A DNA stretch of 64,000 nucleotides, taken from NCBI GenBank assembly GCA_965202625.1, contig CBDBBI010000010.1, forward strand, positions 1,472,001 to 1,536,000. Reading direction: 5' to 3'. The notes beneath the pieces are model-generated. The model was not told the DNA's origin. It ran no database searches and saw nothing but the letters and a program-made list of their open reading frames with translations. Of the stretch, positions 19,140 to 29,218 are shown in pieces; within the stretch, counting starts at the first letter, position 1; each line of letters opens with the position of its first letter. The DNA is from a bacterium (GTDB lineage: Bacteria; UBA8248). The position numbers were made by a program, and so were the translations under genes.

Positions 19140-20206
19140 TCCGCCTCCGCTCTCCATTCGTGAACGAACGCCACCAGCCTCTTGACGTTGTCGACCGGGG
19201 TCTGCGGCAAAACGCCGTGGCCCAGATTAAAGATGTGGCCCGGCCGCCCCCCCGCCTGACGCAGGACGCGCTCCGCTCGCGCGAGAACGTATCCAGGCAC
19301 AGCGAGAAGAACGCAAGGGTCCAGATTCCCCTGAACGCCCATGTCGCCCACGCATTTCCGGGCACGGGAGAGGTCAACGCGAAAATCGACCCCCACCACG
19401 TCGCCGCCCGCGCTCGCGAACGCCTCGAGATAGGGCGTGGTTCCCGTTCCGAAGTGGATGACGGGCACGCCCTTCGCGACACCCTCGATAAGGGCGCGGC
19501 TGTGCGGCAAAACAAACTCCTTGAAATCCTCAGACGAGAGGCAACCCACCCAGCTGTCAAAAATTTGCACCGCCTGCGCACCGGCGCGCACCTGCTCGTT
19601 CAGATACGCGATCAGCCCCCTCACGAGCTTCCGCATCAGTGCGCGCCACGCCCCCGGATCCGCATACATGAACCTCTTGGTGCGCTCAAAGCGGCGCGAT
19701 CCGCCGCCCTCGATCATGTAGGAGGCGAGGGTGAAGGGCGCGCCGCAAAAGCCGATGAGCGGAAGGTTCGGGTTCATCTCCGCCCTGGTTCTTCCAACGG
19801 CCTCAAAGACGAACGCGAGGTTCTCCCGGGGTGTCGCCTCACGGAGGCGATCCACGTCAGCGGCACTGCGAACCGGATTGTGGAGAACGGGGCCGCCGCT
19901 CTCCAGATACTCCAGTTCCATGCCCATGGGCTGGAGTATGAGAAGAATGTCGGAGAACAGGATGGCAGCGTCCGCCCCAATCGCGTCAAGGGCGGTGACG
20001 GCGACCTCAGCCGCGAGATCCGGACTGCGACAAAGCTCGATGAAGGAGACCTTCTCCCGAACGGCGCGATACTCGCGCATGTATCTGCCCGCCTGACGCA
20101 TGAGCCATACGGGTGTCCCCTCGGTGGGCACCCGCCGGCAGGCGCGCATGAAAGAGGAGTTCTCATAAGCGGGCGGTGCGCTCCTAGGTTGTGGCTGGGC
20201 GGACAT
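19136..20206 (-). CDS. hemE: Uroporphyrinogen decarboxylase
   Basis: PVWLMRQAGRY, ILFSDIL, GFCGAPFTLASY, QGNLDP, FNLGHG. Confidence 0.96.
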   Translation of the reverse strand: MSAQPQPRSAPPAYENSSFMRACRRVPTEGTPVWLMRQAGRYMREYRAVREKVSFIELCRSPDLAAEVAVTALDAIGADAAILFSDILLILQPMGMELEYLESGGPVLHNPVRSAADVDRLREATPRENLAFVFEAVGRTRAEMNPNLPLIGFCGAPFTLASYMIEGGGSRRFERTKRFMYADPGAWRALMRKLVRGLIAYLNEQVRAGAQAVQIFDSWVGCLSSEDFKEFVLPHSRALIEGVAKGVPVIHFGTGTTPYLEAFASAGGDVVGVDFRVDLSRARKCVGDMGVQGNLDPCVLLAVPGYVLARAERVLRQAGGRPGHIFNLGHGVLPQTPVDNVKRLVAFVHEWRAEAE

Positions 20207-20385
20207 GAACGTCTCCTTGAGAACGCTTCCCTCCACGGGCCGTCTCGTAGAGGCAGTCTAATCCAAAAGCCGCACCTTCGCACGCCACGCACAGCGCGAA
20301 AACGCAGAATACGAGACGCCCCTGGCTGGACAACGCCCATTCAGGTAAGATACACAAGGGCTTTGTGTTCCAGGCGAGACCCTCC

Positions 20386-20460
20386 GGCGCCATAGCCAAG
20401 TGGTAAGGCAGAGGACTGCAAATCCTTTATTCCCCGGTTCGAATCCGGGTGGCGCCTCCA
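20386..20460 (+). tRNA. tRNA-Cys (GCA)
   Basis: GGCGCCA acceptor stem pairing with TGGCGCC, D arm AGCCAAGTGGTAAGGC, anticodon loop CTGCAAA, T loop GGTTCGAATCC, encoded CCA. Confidence 0.97.
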
Positions 20461-20699
20461 GCGACTCCGCTGCTTCTCGCCCGCTGAGGGGCGAGGGCGT
20501 TGATGAGAGCGTCATATTATCGCCTCATCCTCCACTTCCGGACGAGGCGCTCAGGCGGGTTTGGGAGGACACCCCTCTTCCGGCGGCGACTCCTCCACTC
20601 CGGCCAACCCGCGCTAGGTTCCCTCCGCGCCCTTGACAAGAAAAAGAGAATAATTTACGCCATGTGCATATCATCACTTAAGAGGGAGGGGGAGGTGCG

Positions 20700-21326
20700 A
20701 TGCACCGGACGAGTACCGAATCGACCATAGAATCCAAAAGCGCGCTCCGAGAATATTATGGCCCGCCCGGCGAGCGCGGGCTCAAAAAACAGATGGCGCA
20801 TCTGGATGAGCACGCCAAGAACTTCATCTCCCTCTCTCCGTTCATGATCATCGCCTCGGCGACGGCACGGGGTGCGGACGCTTCCCCCAAAGGGGATCCG
20901 CCGGGCTTCGTCAAAGTGATCGACGAAAACACACTGCTCATCCCTGACAGGCCGGGCAACAACCGCGTCGACACCATGAGCAACGTCATAGAGAACAACC
21001 ACGTCGGCCTCCTCTTTTTGGTGCCTGGAATGTGCGAGACGCTGCGCGTGAACGGGCGCGCGCGCGTCACCACCGACCCTGAACTGCTCGCGCCCCTCTC
21101 GATGCGGGGCAAGGCGCCTGTGTCGGGCATGATCGTTGAGGTGGACGAGGCGTATCTTCATTGCGGAAAGGCGGTCATCCGCGCGAGCCTCTGGGACCCG
21201 GAAAAACACATCGACAGAAAGTCGTTCCCCTCAATGGGGCAGATGCTCGCCGACCAGATTGGCGGCTACGACGGCGAGGAGCTCAACGAGGGAATTCAGG
21301 AACGATACAAAACAGACCTGTATTAA
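20700..21326 (+). CDS. Pyridoxamine 5'-phosphate oxidase-related FMN-binding protein
   Basis: DASPKGDPPGFV, PDRPGNNRVDT, ETLRVNGRA, YLHCGKA. Confidence 0.9.
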   Translation: MHRTSTESTIESKSALREYYGPPGERGLKKQMAHLDEHAKNFISLSPFMIIASATARGADASPKGDPPGFVKVIDENTLLIPDRPGNNRVDTMSNVIENNHVGLLFLVPGMCETLRVNGRARVTTDPELLAPLSMRGKAPVSGMIVEVDEAYLHCGKAVIRASLWDPEKHIDRKSFPSMGQMLADQIGGYDGEELNEGIQERYKTDLY

Positions 21327-21353
21327 CACCCTCGAGCGAGGCGAGGACGCCTT

Positions 21354-23270
21354 CTAATGCGTTTCCTTCAGATAGATCACCGAGAGGGGCGGCAGCGTCA
21401 TTTTGATGGAATACGGCTGGCCGTTCCAGGTCACGTCCTCCGCATGGCAGGGGTCTGGGTTCCCCATCCCCCCCCCCCCATACGTTTCTGAGTCGCTGTT
21501 CAGCACCTCGACCCACTCGCCATCGGCGGGAACGCCCATCCGGTAGCCCCTCCTCGGCACGGGCGTAAAATTCGACGCCACGAGCAGCGTCGGCTCATCC
21601 TCCGTGGCGATGCGCACGAAACCCAGAACGCTCGCAGAAGCCGCGTCCGCCTCCACCCAGGCGAAGCCGCGCGTATCGTAATCCCTTCGGAACAGAGCGC
21701 GCTCGCGCTGATAAAAGGCGTTGAGGTCGCTCACCCACTTCATCAACCCCGCTCCAAAGGGTTCTTCGGCGAGACGCCAATCGAGCGCGCCGTCGTGATT
21801 CCACTCTCGCCACTGGCCGAACTCTCCGCCCATGAACAGCAGCTTCTTTCCGGGTTGGGCGAACATCAGCCCATAAAGCGCCCGAAGGTTGGAGAACCTT
21901 TGACATTCGTCTCCCGGCATCTTGCTGAGCAGAGAGCCTTTGCCGTGCACTACCTCATCGTGAGAGAGCATCAGCACGAAATTCTCGTTGTAGGCGTAAA
22001 GCATCCGGAAGGTGAGCAGGTTGTGATGATATTTCCGATGGACGGGGGTTTTCATCATGTATTGGAGAGAGTCGTGCATCCAGCCCATGTCCCATTTCAT
22101 GCCGAAACCCAGGCCACCTGCATCGACGGGCATCGAGACCATCGGCCAGGCGGTGGATTCCTCCGCGATGGTCTGCACGTCGGGAAACCGACGATAGACC
22201 TCCGTGTTCAGGCGTCGCAAGAAGGATATAGCCTCCAAATTCTCGCGGCCTCCCTCCTCGTTGGGCAGCCACTCGCCCTTCTTTCTCGAGTAATCGAGAT
22301 ACAGCATCGAGGCCACGGCGTCCACGCGCAGCCCGTCGACGTGGAAATAATCCAGCCAGTAGAGGGCGTTGCTTATGAGAAAGGCGGAAACCTCGTTGCG
22401 CCCATAGTTGAAAATGCAGCTTTCCCAGTCGGGATGAAACCCGCGCCGGGGGTCCTCGTGCTCATAAAGATGCGTGCCGTCGAAATAGCCCAGCCCATGC
22501 CCGTCCGACGGGAAATGCGAGGGCACCCAGTCAAGTATCACGCCCAGGCCACGCTGGTGGAGATAATCGATCAAGTACATCAAGTCCTGCGGGGTGCCAT
22601 AGCGGCTCGTGGGGGAGAAATAGCCCGTGATCTGATAACCCCAAGAACCCTCGAAGGGGTGTTCCATCAACGGCAAAAACTCGACGTGGGTAAACCCTGT
22701 GCGGAGCATGTGATCGGCAAGTTGCGGGGCAATTTCCCTATAGGTGAGAGAACGATTCTCCTCGCCCGGCACCCGGCGCCAGGAGCCAAGGTGCATCTCG
22801 TAGATGGAAATGGGCGCCTCGCGGCCGTTGCACGCCCCGCGGCATTCCATCCAACTCTCATCTTCCCATCGGTAATCGAGACTCCAGACGACCGACCCGC
22901 TCCTCGGAGGCGTCTCGCTGTAGAATGCGAAAGGATCCGCCTTGTCGGCCCGATAATCCCCGACATGCGAGTGAACGCGATATTTGTATATCTCGCCTTT
23001 CCCCACGCCCGGAATGAACCCCGCCCATATGCCCGAGCTCTCCACCGGCGCCAACGGGTGGCGCCCCTCCTCCCATTGATTGAAGTCTCCGATGACATCC
23101 ACGCTCTTCGCGTTCGGCGCCCACACGGCGAAGTAAACGCCATCGTCCCCCTCCACCCGCATGGGGTGCGCGCCCATCTTCTCATAAAGGGTGAAATGCG
23201 AACCCTGATTGAAGAGGTGAACGTCATAATCCGTGAGATGGGAAAGCGCGGGATGATGGATGACGCTCAC
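21354..23270 (-). CDS. glgB: 1,4-alpha-glucan branching enzyme
   Basis: VWAPNA, SWGYQ, DWVPSHF, DGLRVDAVASMLY, AEEST, LSHDEVVHGKGSL. Confidence 0.97.
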   Translation of the reverse strand: MSVIHHPALSHLTDYDVHLFNQGSHFTLYEKMGAHPMRVEGDDGVYFAVWAPNAKSVDVIGDFNQWEEGRHPLAPVESSGIWAGFIPGVGKGEIYKYRVHSHVGDYRADKADPFAFYSETPPRSGSVVWSLDYRWEDESWMECRGACNGREAPISIYEMHLGSWRRVPGEENRSLTYREIAPQLADHMLRTGFTHVEFLPLMEHPFEGSWGYQITGYFSPTSRYGTPQDLMYLIDYLHQRGLGVILDWVPSHFPSDGHGLGYFDGTHLYEHEDPRRGFHPDWESCIFNYGRNEVSAFLISNALYWLDYFHVDGLRVDAVASMLYLDYSRKKGEWLPNEEGGRENLEAISFLRRLNTEVYRRFPDVQTIAEESTAWPMVSMPVDAGGLGFGMKWDMGWMHDSLQYMMKTPVHRKYHHNLLTFRMLYAYNENFVLMLSHDEVVHGKGSLLSKMPGDECQRFSNLRALYGLMFAQPGKKLLFMGGEFGQWREWNHDGALDWRLAEEPFGAGLMKWVSDLNAFYQRERALFRRDYDTRGFAWVEADAASASVLGFVRIATEDEPTLLVASNFTPVPRRGYRMGVPADGEWVEVLNSDSETYGGGGMGNPDPCHAEDVTWNGQPYSIKMTLPPLSVIYLKETH

Positions 23271-25444
23271 GGTTTTCCCTCCTCGTGCGAAGCGAACGAT
23301 TCGCCTTCATGTCTGCGCAACAGCACCAAAGAGCTTCCCTGGACGAGATAGGAGCCGCCCGCGTGAACCCGGCCGTCCCAGCCCCTCTCGCTGCATTCGG
23401 CCGTATCCACCACCACGCTCCACCTCGCGCCCCTGTCTATCTCGAGAAACGCGAAAGGAATCGCCTCATCGTGCGCATTCATCAGAACCATCAAGGTATC
23501 ATAATTCCGGTGCCGACGCTGAGAGGCGGACTCCCCTTCTTTCGCTCCCCGCAACCTGAAGCCAAAACATTTCATGTGCCCCGCACTCCACTCCTCCGCT
23601 CCCAATTCATGGCCAAGATGATGAAGCCAGGTGATCTCGGGATATTCCACCTCGCCCGGGCTTCTGGGGGAGAAAAACCGCTCCCGACGAAACTCCGGCT
23701 GGGCGCGCGCCCAGCGGATGAGCCTTTTGACGAAAGAGAGGAGTTCTTCGTTTTTCTCGGTCAGCAACCAATCCACCCAAGAGGTCTCGTTGTCCTGACA
23801 ATAGGCGTTGTTGTTCCCGTTTTGCGTGCGCCCAAACTCATCTCCCGCCTGGAGCATCGGCACCCCCTGAGAGAGAAAAAGACTGGCGAGCAGGTTTCTC
23901 TTTCGCTGCGCGCGCAAGCGCGACACGCCCGAGTCGTTCGTCGGGCCCTCCACCCCGCCGTTCGAGCTATCGTTCGCGTTCGTCCCGTCCCTGTTCTCCT
24001 CTCCGTTCGCCTCGTTGTGCTTCTCTTGAAAGCTCACGAGATCCTCAAGCGTGAATCCGTCGTGGCAGGTTACGAAATTGAGACTCGCCTGGGGGGGGCG
24101 CCCGCTGGTCTGAAAAATGTCGCTGCTCCCCGCCAACCGACTAGCGAACTCCGCCGCCTGCCCATCGTCCCCGCGCCAGAAACGGCGCGTCGCGCCCCTG
24201 AACTCCCCGTTCCATTCCGTCCAGCCTTTGGGGAAGTTTCCCAGCTGATACCCATCCTCGCCCAAGTCCCAGGGCTCGGCGATGAGCTTGACGCCCGAGA
24301 GCGTCGGTTCGTTCTCGATCGCTTGAAAAAAAGGGGATTTCGGGTCGAAACTGCCTTCACTCCGCGCGAGGGAAGGGGCGAGATCGAACCGAAAGCCATC
24401 CACCCGAAACTCCTCCGCCCAATAGCGCAGGCTATCCATTATCAAACGCAAAACCATCGGATGCGCGGCGTTCAGCGCGTTTCCACAACCGGTGGTGTCC
24501 ACGTACCGGCTCCTGTCCTCGGGATTCACTCGGTAGTAAACTTGGTTGTCAAGGCCGCGAAACGACAGATACGACCCCTGGAAACCTTCCTCCGCCGTAT
24601 GGTTGTAGACGACATCCAGAATCACCTCGATTCCCGCCTGGTGATAGACTTTCACCATCTCCTTGAATTCATCCACCTGCCCGCCCCGATCGCCACGGCT
24701 GGAGAACCGCGCGTCAGGAGCGAAAAAGCCGATTGACCCATAGCCCCAATAATTGGAAAGCCCCAATTTGTGGAGACGATGTCCGGAGATTCGATGATGA
24801 ACAGGCAGAAGCTCTACGGCAGTGACGCCCAAATCTCTCAGGTATTCCACCACGGCCGGGCTCGCAAGACCCGCATACGTGCCCCTGAGGTCTTCCGGCA
24901 CGGCGGGATGTCGAATGGTGAAGCCCTTGACGTGCAGCTCATAGACGACGGTCTGTGCCCAGGGTGTCTGCGGACGCGCGTCGTCTCCCCAATCAAAAGA
25001 AGAGTCCACGAGCACGCTCTTCGGGGTCGCGTGGGCGTTGTCCCCCTCGTCCATGAGACGGAGGTCGTCTCCTCTGTGGCCATACATTTCCGCGCACCAG
25101 CACACGTCGCCCGCAATCGCCCGCGCATACGGGTCCAGCAGCACCTTGGAGGGGTTGAAGCGATGCCCCTCCTTCGGTGCGTAAGGGCCATGTACACGAA
25201 ACCCATAAAGCTGGCCCGCCTCTAGTCCCTCCACCACCGCGCGCCAGATGGCGTCGTCCCCCCGAGCGAGAGGGACGCGCGCCGTTTCCCTCCCATGATC
25301 CTCCGCGTCGAACAGGCAGAGCTCGACCCCCTCCGCGTTCTCCGAGAAAAGGGAGAACTGCACCCCCCACGCGTGCCGCATCGCACCCAGACGCCCCTCG
25401 GGCTGGCCCATCTTTTTTTCTGCCACCACCGGATACCGCCTCAT
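23267..25444 (-). CDS. glgX: Glycogen debranching enzyme
   Basis: NYWGY, DVVYNHTAE, DGFRFDLA, IAEPWD, HDGFTL, GNNNAYCQDNE. Confidence 0.96.
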   Translation of the reverse strand: MRRYPVVAEKKMGQPEGRLGAMRHAWGVQFSLFSENAEGVELCLFDAEDHGRETARVPLARGDDAIWRAVVEGLEAGQLYGFRVHGPYAPKEGHRFNPSKVLLDPYARAIAGDVCWCAEMYGHRGDDLRLMDEGDNAHATPKSVLVDSSFDWGDDARPQTPWAQTVVYELHVKGFTIRHPAVPEDLRGTYAGLASPAVVEYLRDLGVTAVELLPVHHRISGHRLHKLGLSNYWGYGSIGFFAPDARFSSRGDRGGQVDEFKEMVKVYHQAGIEVILDVVYNHTAEEGFQGSYLSFRGLDNQVYYRVNPEDRSRYVDTTGCGNALNAAHPMVLRLIMDSLRYWAEEFRVDGFRFDLAPSLARSEGSFDPKSPFFQAIENEPTLSGVKLIAEPWDLGEDGYQLGNFPKGWTEWNGEFRGATRRFWRGDDGQAAEFASRLAGSSDIFQTSGRPPQASLNFVTCHDGFTLEDLVSFQEKHNEANGEENRDGTNANDSSNGGVEGPTNDSGVSRLRAQRKRNLLASLFLSQGVPMLQAGDEFGRTQNGNNNAYCQDNETSWVDWLLTEKNEELLSFVKRLIRWARAQPEFRRERFFSPRSPGEVEYPEITWLHHLGHELGAEEWSAGHMKCFGFRLRGAKEGESASQRRHRNYDTLMVLMNAHDEAIPFAFLEIDRGARWSVVVDTAECSERGWDGRVHAGGSYLVQGSSLVLLRRHEGESFASHEEGKP

Positions 25445-25769
25445 CGAGAAGAATTCTTCTGAAATATAATTTTTTTCGCCCTCCTAAACAAACGAAAAAC
25501 CGAAATCCCTCCCGCGCGCGCCGCACCCGCTCGGACAGACCCCCTAGTTCCGCATACGGGAGGCTTATCGCCGTTTCGCCGCAAGGGGCGTCCTTCTAGG
25601 CGCACGATCACAATAATCCGCCCTCCCTGCGTCCTGCGAAAGTCGCGCCCGAGCACCTGTGCCAATCGAAAGGCCTCGCGCCACTATCCCGCCCGACTTC
25701 GCTTTTTCCACAAGCGCGTCTTAGAATCTCTCCCTGCCCATCGGCGTCCATTCAAGACGGGAGAACGCC

Positions 25770-26939
25770 TTGCAGATCATCGACGTTCGAGAGACGGTGG
25801 TTCCCATCCGCTCGGACATCAGAAACGCCTTCATCGACTTCTCCATGATGACGGTGAGCGTCGCCGCCCTCATCACGGACGTGACCCGAGGCGGCAGGCG
25901 CGTGGTGGGCTTCGGCTTCAACTCGAACGGGCGCTATGCCCAGAGGGGACTTTTGCGAGAGCGCTTCATTCCCAGGCTCAAGGAGGCGGCGCCTGATTCG
26001 CTGCTCAACGAGGAAGGCGCGAACTTCGATCCCTTCCGAATCTGGGATTGCCTCATCCGAAACGAAAAACCGGGCGGGCATGGCGATCGCTCCGTCGCCG
26101 TCGGCGTTCTCGACATGGCGGCGTGGGACGCAGTCGCCAAAATCGAGGAGAAGCCGCTGTATCGCCATCTGGCGGACACCTACCGGAATGGTCAATATGA
26201 CGAGAAAGTATCCGTCTACGCGGCAGGGGGCTACTACTACCCAGGAAAGGACGTCAAAGCGCTTCAGGCCGAGATGCGGAGCTATCTGAAGCGGGGATAT
26301 ACCGCCGTCAAGATGAAGATAGGCGGCGCGACGCTGGAGGAGGACGTGAGAAGAATAGAGGCGGTGCTCGAGGTCGTGGGGGATGGCCGCAACCTTGCGG
26401 TGGACGCCAATGGAAAATTCGACCTAGAAACTGCCATCGCCTACGGCGAGACGCTCAAGCCCTACGACCTGCGCTGGTATGAGGAGGCTGGCGACCCGCT
26501 AGACTACGCGCTTCAGGCCGAGCTCGTCCGGAGTTACGGGAAGCCCATGGCGACGGGAGAGAACCTCTTCTCCACCCAGGATGCGAGAAACCTCATCCGC
26601 TACGGGGGGATGCGGCCGGGAGTCGACGTCCTGCAATTCGACCCTGCCTTGAGCTACGGCTTGGTGGAATACCTGAAGACACTGGGGATGCTGGAGAAAA
26701 ACGGCTGGTCGCCCCGCTCGTGCATCCCCCACGGGGGGCACCAGATGGCGCTCAACATCGCCGCCGGGCTAGGTCTTGGGGGCAACGAATCCTACCCTGA
26801 CGTGTTCAAGCCCTTCAACGGCTTCGCCGACGACGTGGCGGTAGAGGAAGGCCGCGTTGGATTTTCCGATCTGCCGGGAATCGGCATTGAGGACAAAGCA
26901 GCACTCAGAGGCGTGCTAGAGGAGCTCTCGGAAATCTAA
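25770..26939 (+). CDS. tarD: D-tartrate dehydratase-like enolase superfamily (mandelate racemase subgroup) enzyme
   Basis: GFNSNGRY, NEKPGGHG, YAAGGYYYPGK, KMKIGG, IPHGGHQM, GLGGNESYP, recognised from the TarD family. Confidence 0.85.
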   Translation: MQIIDVRETVVPIRSDIRNAFIDFSMMTVSVAALITDVTRGGRRVVGFGFNSNGRYAQRGLLRERFIPRLKEAAPDSLLNEEGANFDPFRIWDCLIRNEKPGGHGDRSVAVGVLDMAAWDAVAKIEEKPLYRHLADTYRNGQYDEKVSVYAAGGYYYPGKDVKALQAEMRSYLKRGYTAVKMKIGGATLEEDVRRIEAVLEVVGDGRNLAVDANGKFDLETAIAYGETLKPYDLRWYEEAGDPLDYALQAELVRSYGKPMATGENLFSTQDARNLIRYGGMRPGVDVLQFDPALSYGLVEYLKTLGMLEKNGWSPRSCIPHGGHQMALNIAAGLGLGGNESYPDVFKPFNGFADDVAVEEGRVGFSDLPGIGIEDKAALRGVLEELSEI

Positions 26940-27940
26940 ACGAACGCGGGCATCACCTCTTTGGCGAAGCGCTCAAGGGTTCTCAGGACGAGCTCCTGCG
27001 GCATTCCCGGCCATTGGACCCGAAACGCCATGTGGTCCACGCCCAGCTCGTCTCGGTGGCGTCTCACCTCCGCCGCCACGTCCTCCGCCGAGCCGATCAG
27101 AAATCGGTCGGAGCGCAACGCATCGAGCGGCATCCTGAGCGTATCGTCCTTCGGCAGGGCTTCACTCTGCCCCCATTGCACGTAAACGTTATACTTCACG
27201 GTCAGATAGTCCGCGCATTCGCGAAAAGCGCTCTCTCGATCCGCTCCGATGAACATCTCCTTGATCACCGGCGTCGCCTCCGGCGCGCCCTTACCCACGG
27301 CGGCGCGCTCTTCGTGAAACATCTCCATCTGACGCCTGAGCGTGTCGAAGCGCGCGTGGGGGTTCAGAAACCACGCCTCTCCCATGCGGGCGGCGCGCCG
27401 CACCGCGCCGTCGCCGTTCGCCGCTATCCAGATGGGGGGTCTGGGCCTCTGGATGGGCCGCATGGCGAGCTTCACGTCCCGAAGGCGGACGACCTCGCCC
27501 TCGTAGTGAAGCGTCTCCCCCTCAAGCAGACGCGCGACCACTTCGAGTTTCTCTTCAAACGCCTTCACGCGATGCGGCTTTCCAAGGCCGAAGGCACGAT
27601 ACTCCGGCTCCCGGTAGCCAAGTCCTACGCCAAGCACGAAGCGGCCCCTCGTCATGGCGTCGAGCGTGGCGACCTGCTCGGCCACGTCCACGGGATTTTG
27701 AAGCGCAAGAAGCAAAATGCCGCTGCCGACGGTCATTTCACCGGCGTGGGCCGCCACCTGGGCGAGGCTCGGCCAGGTCTGCATCATCCACACGCCCTCG
27801 GTGAGGTAGTGCTGGCCGCACCATACGCTGTGAAAACCCAAATCCCGAATAAGGCGCACTTGTTCGAGATGCTCCTCCCAACGTTCCGCGGGGTCATCCT
27901 CCAAAGAGTGCTGATTCATGACGAACATGCCGAATTTCAC
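26936..27940 (-). CDS. LLM-class flavin-dependent oxidoreductase
   Basis: MKFGMF, NPVDVAEQVATLD, GLGYREPEY, PPIWIAA, ERFAKEVMP. Confidence 0.9.
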   Translation of the reverse strand: MKFGMFVMNQHSLEDDPAERWEEHLEQVRLIRDLGFHSVWCGQHYLTEGVWMMQTWPSLAQVAAHAGEMTVGSGILLLALQNPVDVAEQVATLDAMTRGRFVLGVGLGYREPEYRAFGLGKPHRVKAFEEKLEVVARLLEGETLHYEGEVVRLRDVKLAMRPIQRPRPPIWIAANGDGAVRRAARMGEAWFLNPHARFDTLRRQMEMFHEERAAVGKGAPEATPVIKEMFIGADRESAFRECADYLTVKYNVYVQWGQSEALPKDDTLRMPLDALRSDRFLIGSAEDVAAEVRRHRDELGVDHMAFRVQWPGMPQELVLRTLERFAKEVMPAFV

Positions 27941-28022
27941 GTCACCCTCTCGCGTTATTCACCGAACGCCGCAAGTTTGTCGCGCGGCGACGGATCAAAA
28001 ACGTCGCCTTTCACTTTACCCC

Positions 28023-28946
28023 TTACCCCCGCACTTCGCTTCCATCCTTCGTCCCGAAGTCGTTCTCCAAGGCGATGACCTTCTGGGCCGACTCGACCAC
28101 CGGATAGTCGATCATGCTTCCGCCTACGGAGACGCTCGCCTCCCCGCGCGCCGTCGCCGCCTCAAAGGCCGCGATCACCTCGCGCGCCCTCTCGACTTCC
28201 TCTCGCATCGGCGTGAACGCGCGGTTCACGATGTCCACCTGCCTGGGGTGGATGCAGAACTTGCCGAACATGCCGAGGGCGCGGCACCTCCGCGCGCTCG
28301 CCGCGAGACCCTCCTGATCGTCTAAGGCGATCCACACCGTGTCGAGCGGCTTCTCAAGCCCCGCCGCGCGGGAGGCCACCGCGATGCGAGAGCGCGGATA
28401 ATCAAAGGGGAACTCATCGCGCGGCCATGCGACGTCCAGGTCGTTCGTGTAGTCGCCCGCCCCGAAAGCGAGCCAGAAACGCCTCTCCCCGGCGTCGGCG
28501 GAGGCGATCGCGGGGGCGTTCGCCACGCCTTTCGCGTTCTCGAGGATGGCGAGCAGATGGACGCTCCCCGCCTCGCGTTCCGCCCCTCTCTCCGCTTCTC
28601 GAATCAGACGGTCGGCGGCGCGTATCTGGCCGGAGTTCTCCGCCTTGGGCAGGACGACGCCTCGAAGCCCCCGCCCCACGACCGCCGCGATGTCCTCCGC
28701 TCCGCAGGCGACGGAAAAACCCGTCGCGTCATCAAGAGGATTCACGCGGACGAACACTTCCGCTCCGTCCTCCTTCGCTATGCGCTCGACCGCTCCGGAA
28801 AGGGCCGCGCGCGTCGCCGTCTTCTCATCGGCGGGCACCGCGTCCTCCAAATCCAGGACGACGGCGTCGGCCCCGACCTTGCCTACTTTTTCGAGCATCC
28901 TTTCCCTGTTGCCAGGGGCGAAGAGAATGGTGCGGTAAAGTTTCAT
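28023..28946 (-). CDS. CoA ester lyase (CitE/malyl-CoA lyase family)
   Basis: LDLEDAV, VRVN, LPKAE, GKFCIHPRQ, MIDYPV. Confidence 0.9.
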   Translation of the reverse strand: MKLYRTILFAPGNRERMLEKVGKVGADAVVLDLEDAVPADEKTATRAALSGAVERIAKEDGAEVFVRVNPLDDATGFSVACGAEDIAAVVGRGLRGVVLPKAENSGQIRAADRLIREAERGAEREAGSVHLLAILENAKGVANAPAIASADAGERRFWLAFGAGDYTNDLDVAWPRDEFPFDYPRSRIAVASRAAGLEKPLDTVWIALDDQEGLAASARRCRALGMFGKFCIHPRQVDIVNRAFTPMREEVERAREVIAAFEAATARGEASVSVGGSMIDYPVVESAQKVIALENDFGTKDGSEVRG

Positions 28947-29218
28947 GATGCGGCTCCTCTCCTCTCACGTCAGGCTCACCTGGTTTTTACTCTTGCTGAG
29001 AGCGCTTGCCAAGCCGCGACCGCCCTCAGCGACGAGCGCGCGTTCTCACAGTTTCCCGCAAGTTGAAGCGCAGCCTGGATTCCCAAGATCGAAAAACCTC
29101 ACGAGTCTAAAAATCCTGAAAATCCCGCCCTCCTCTCGGCTCCAGCCTATTCTCGGACGAATTTTTGGAATATAATGGCTTCACATCAAGACGGACACGC
29201 CATTAGCGGAGCACGCCT

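Noticed and set aside
20386-20700. tRNA-Cys as an integration site for an island
   Set aside because: No integrase nearby and no duplicated tRNA 3' end seen in the window.
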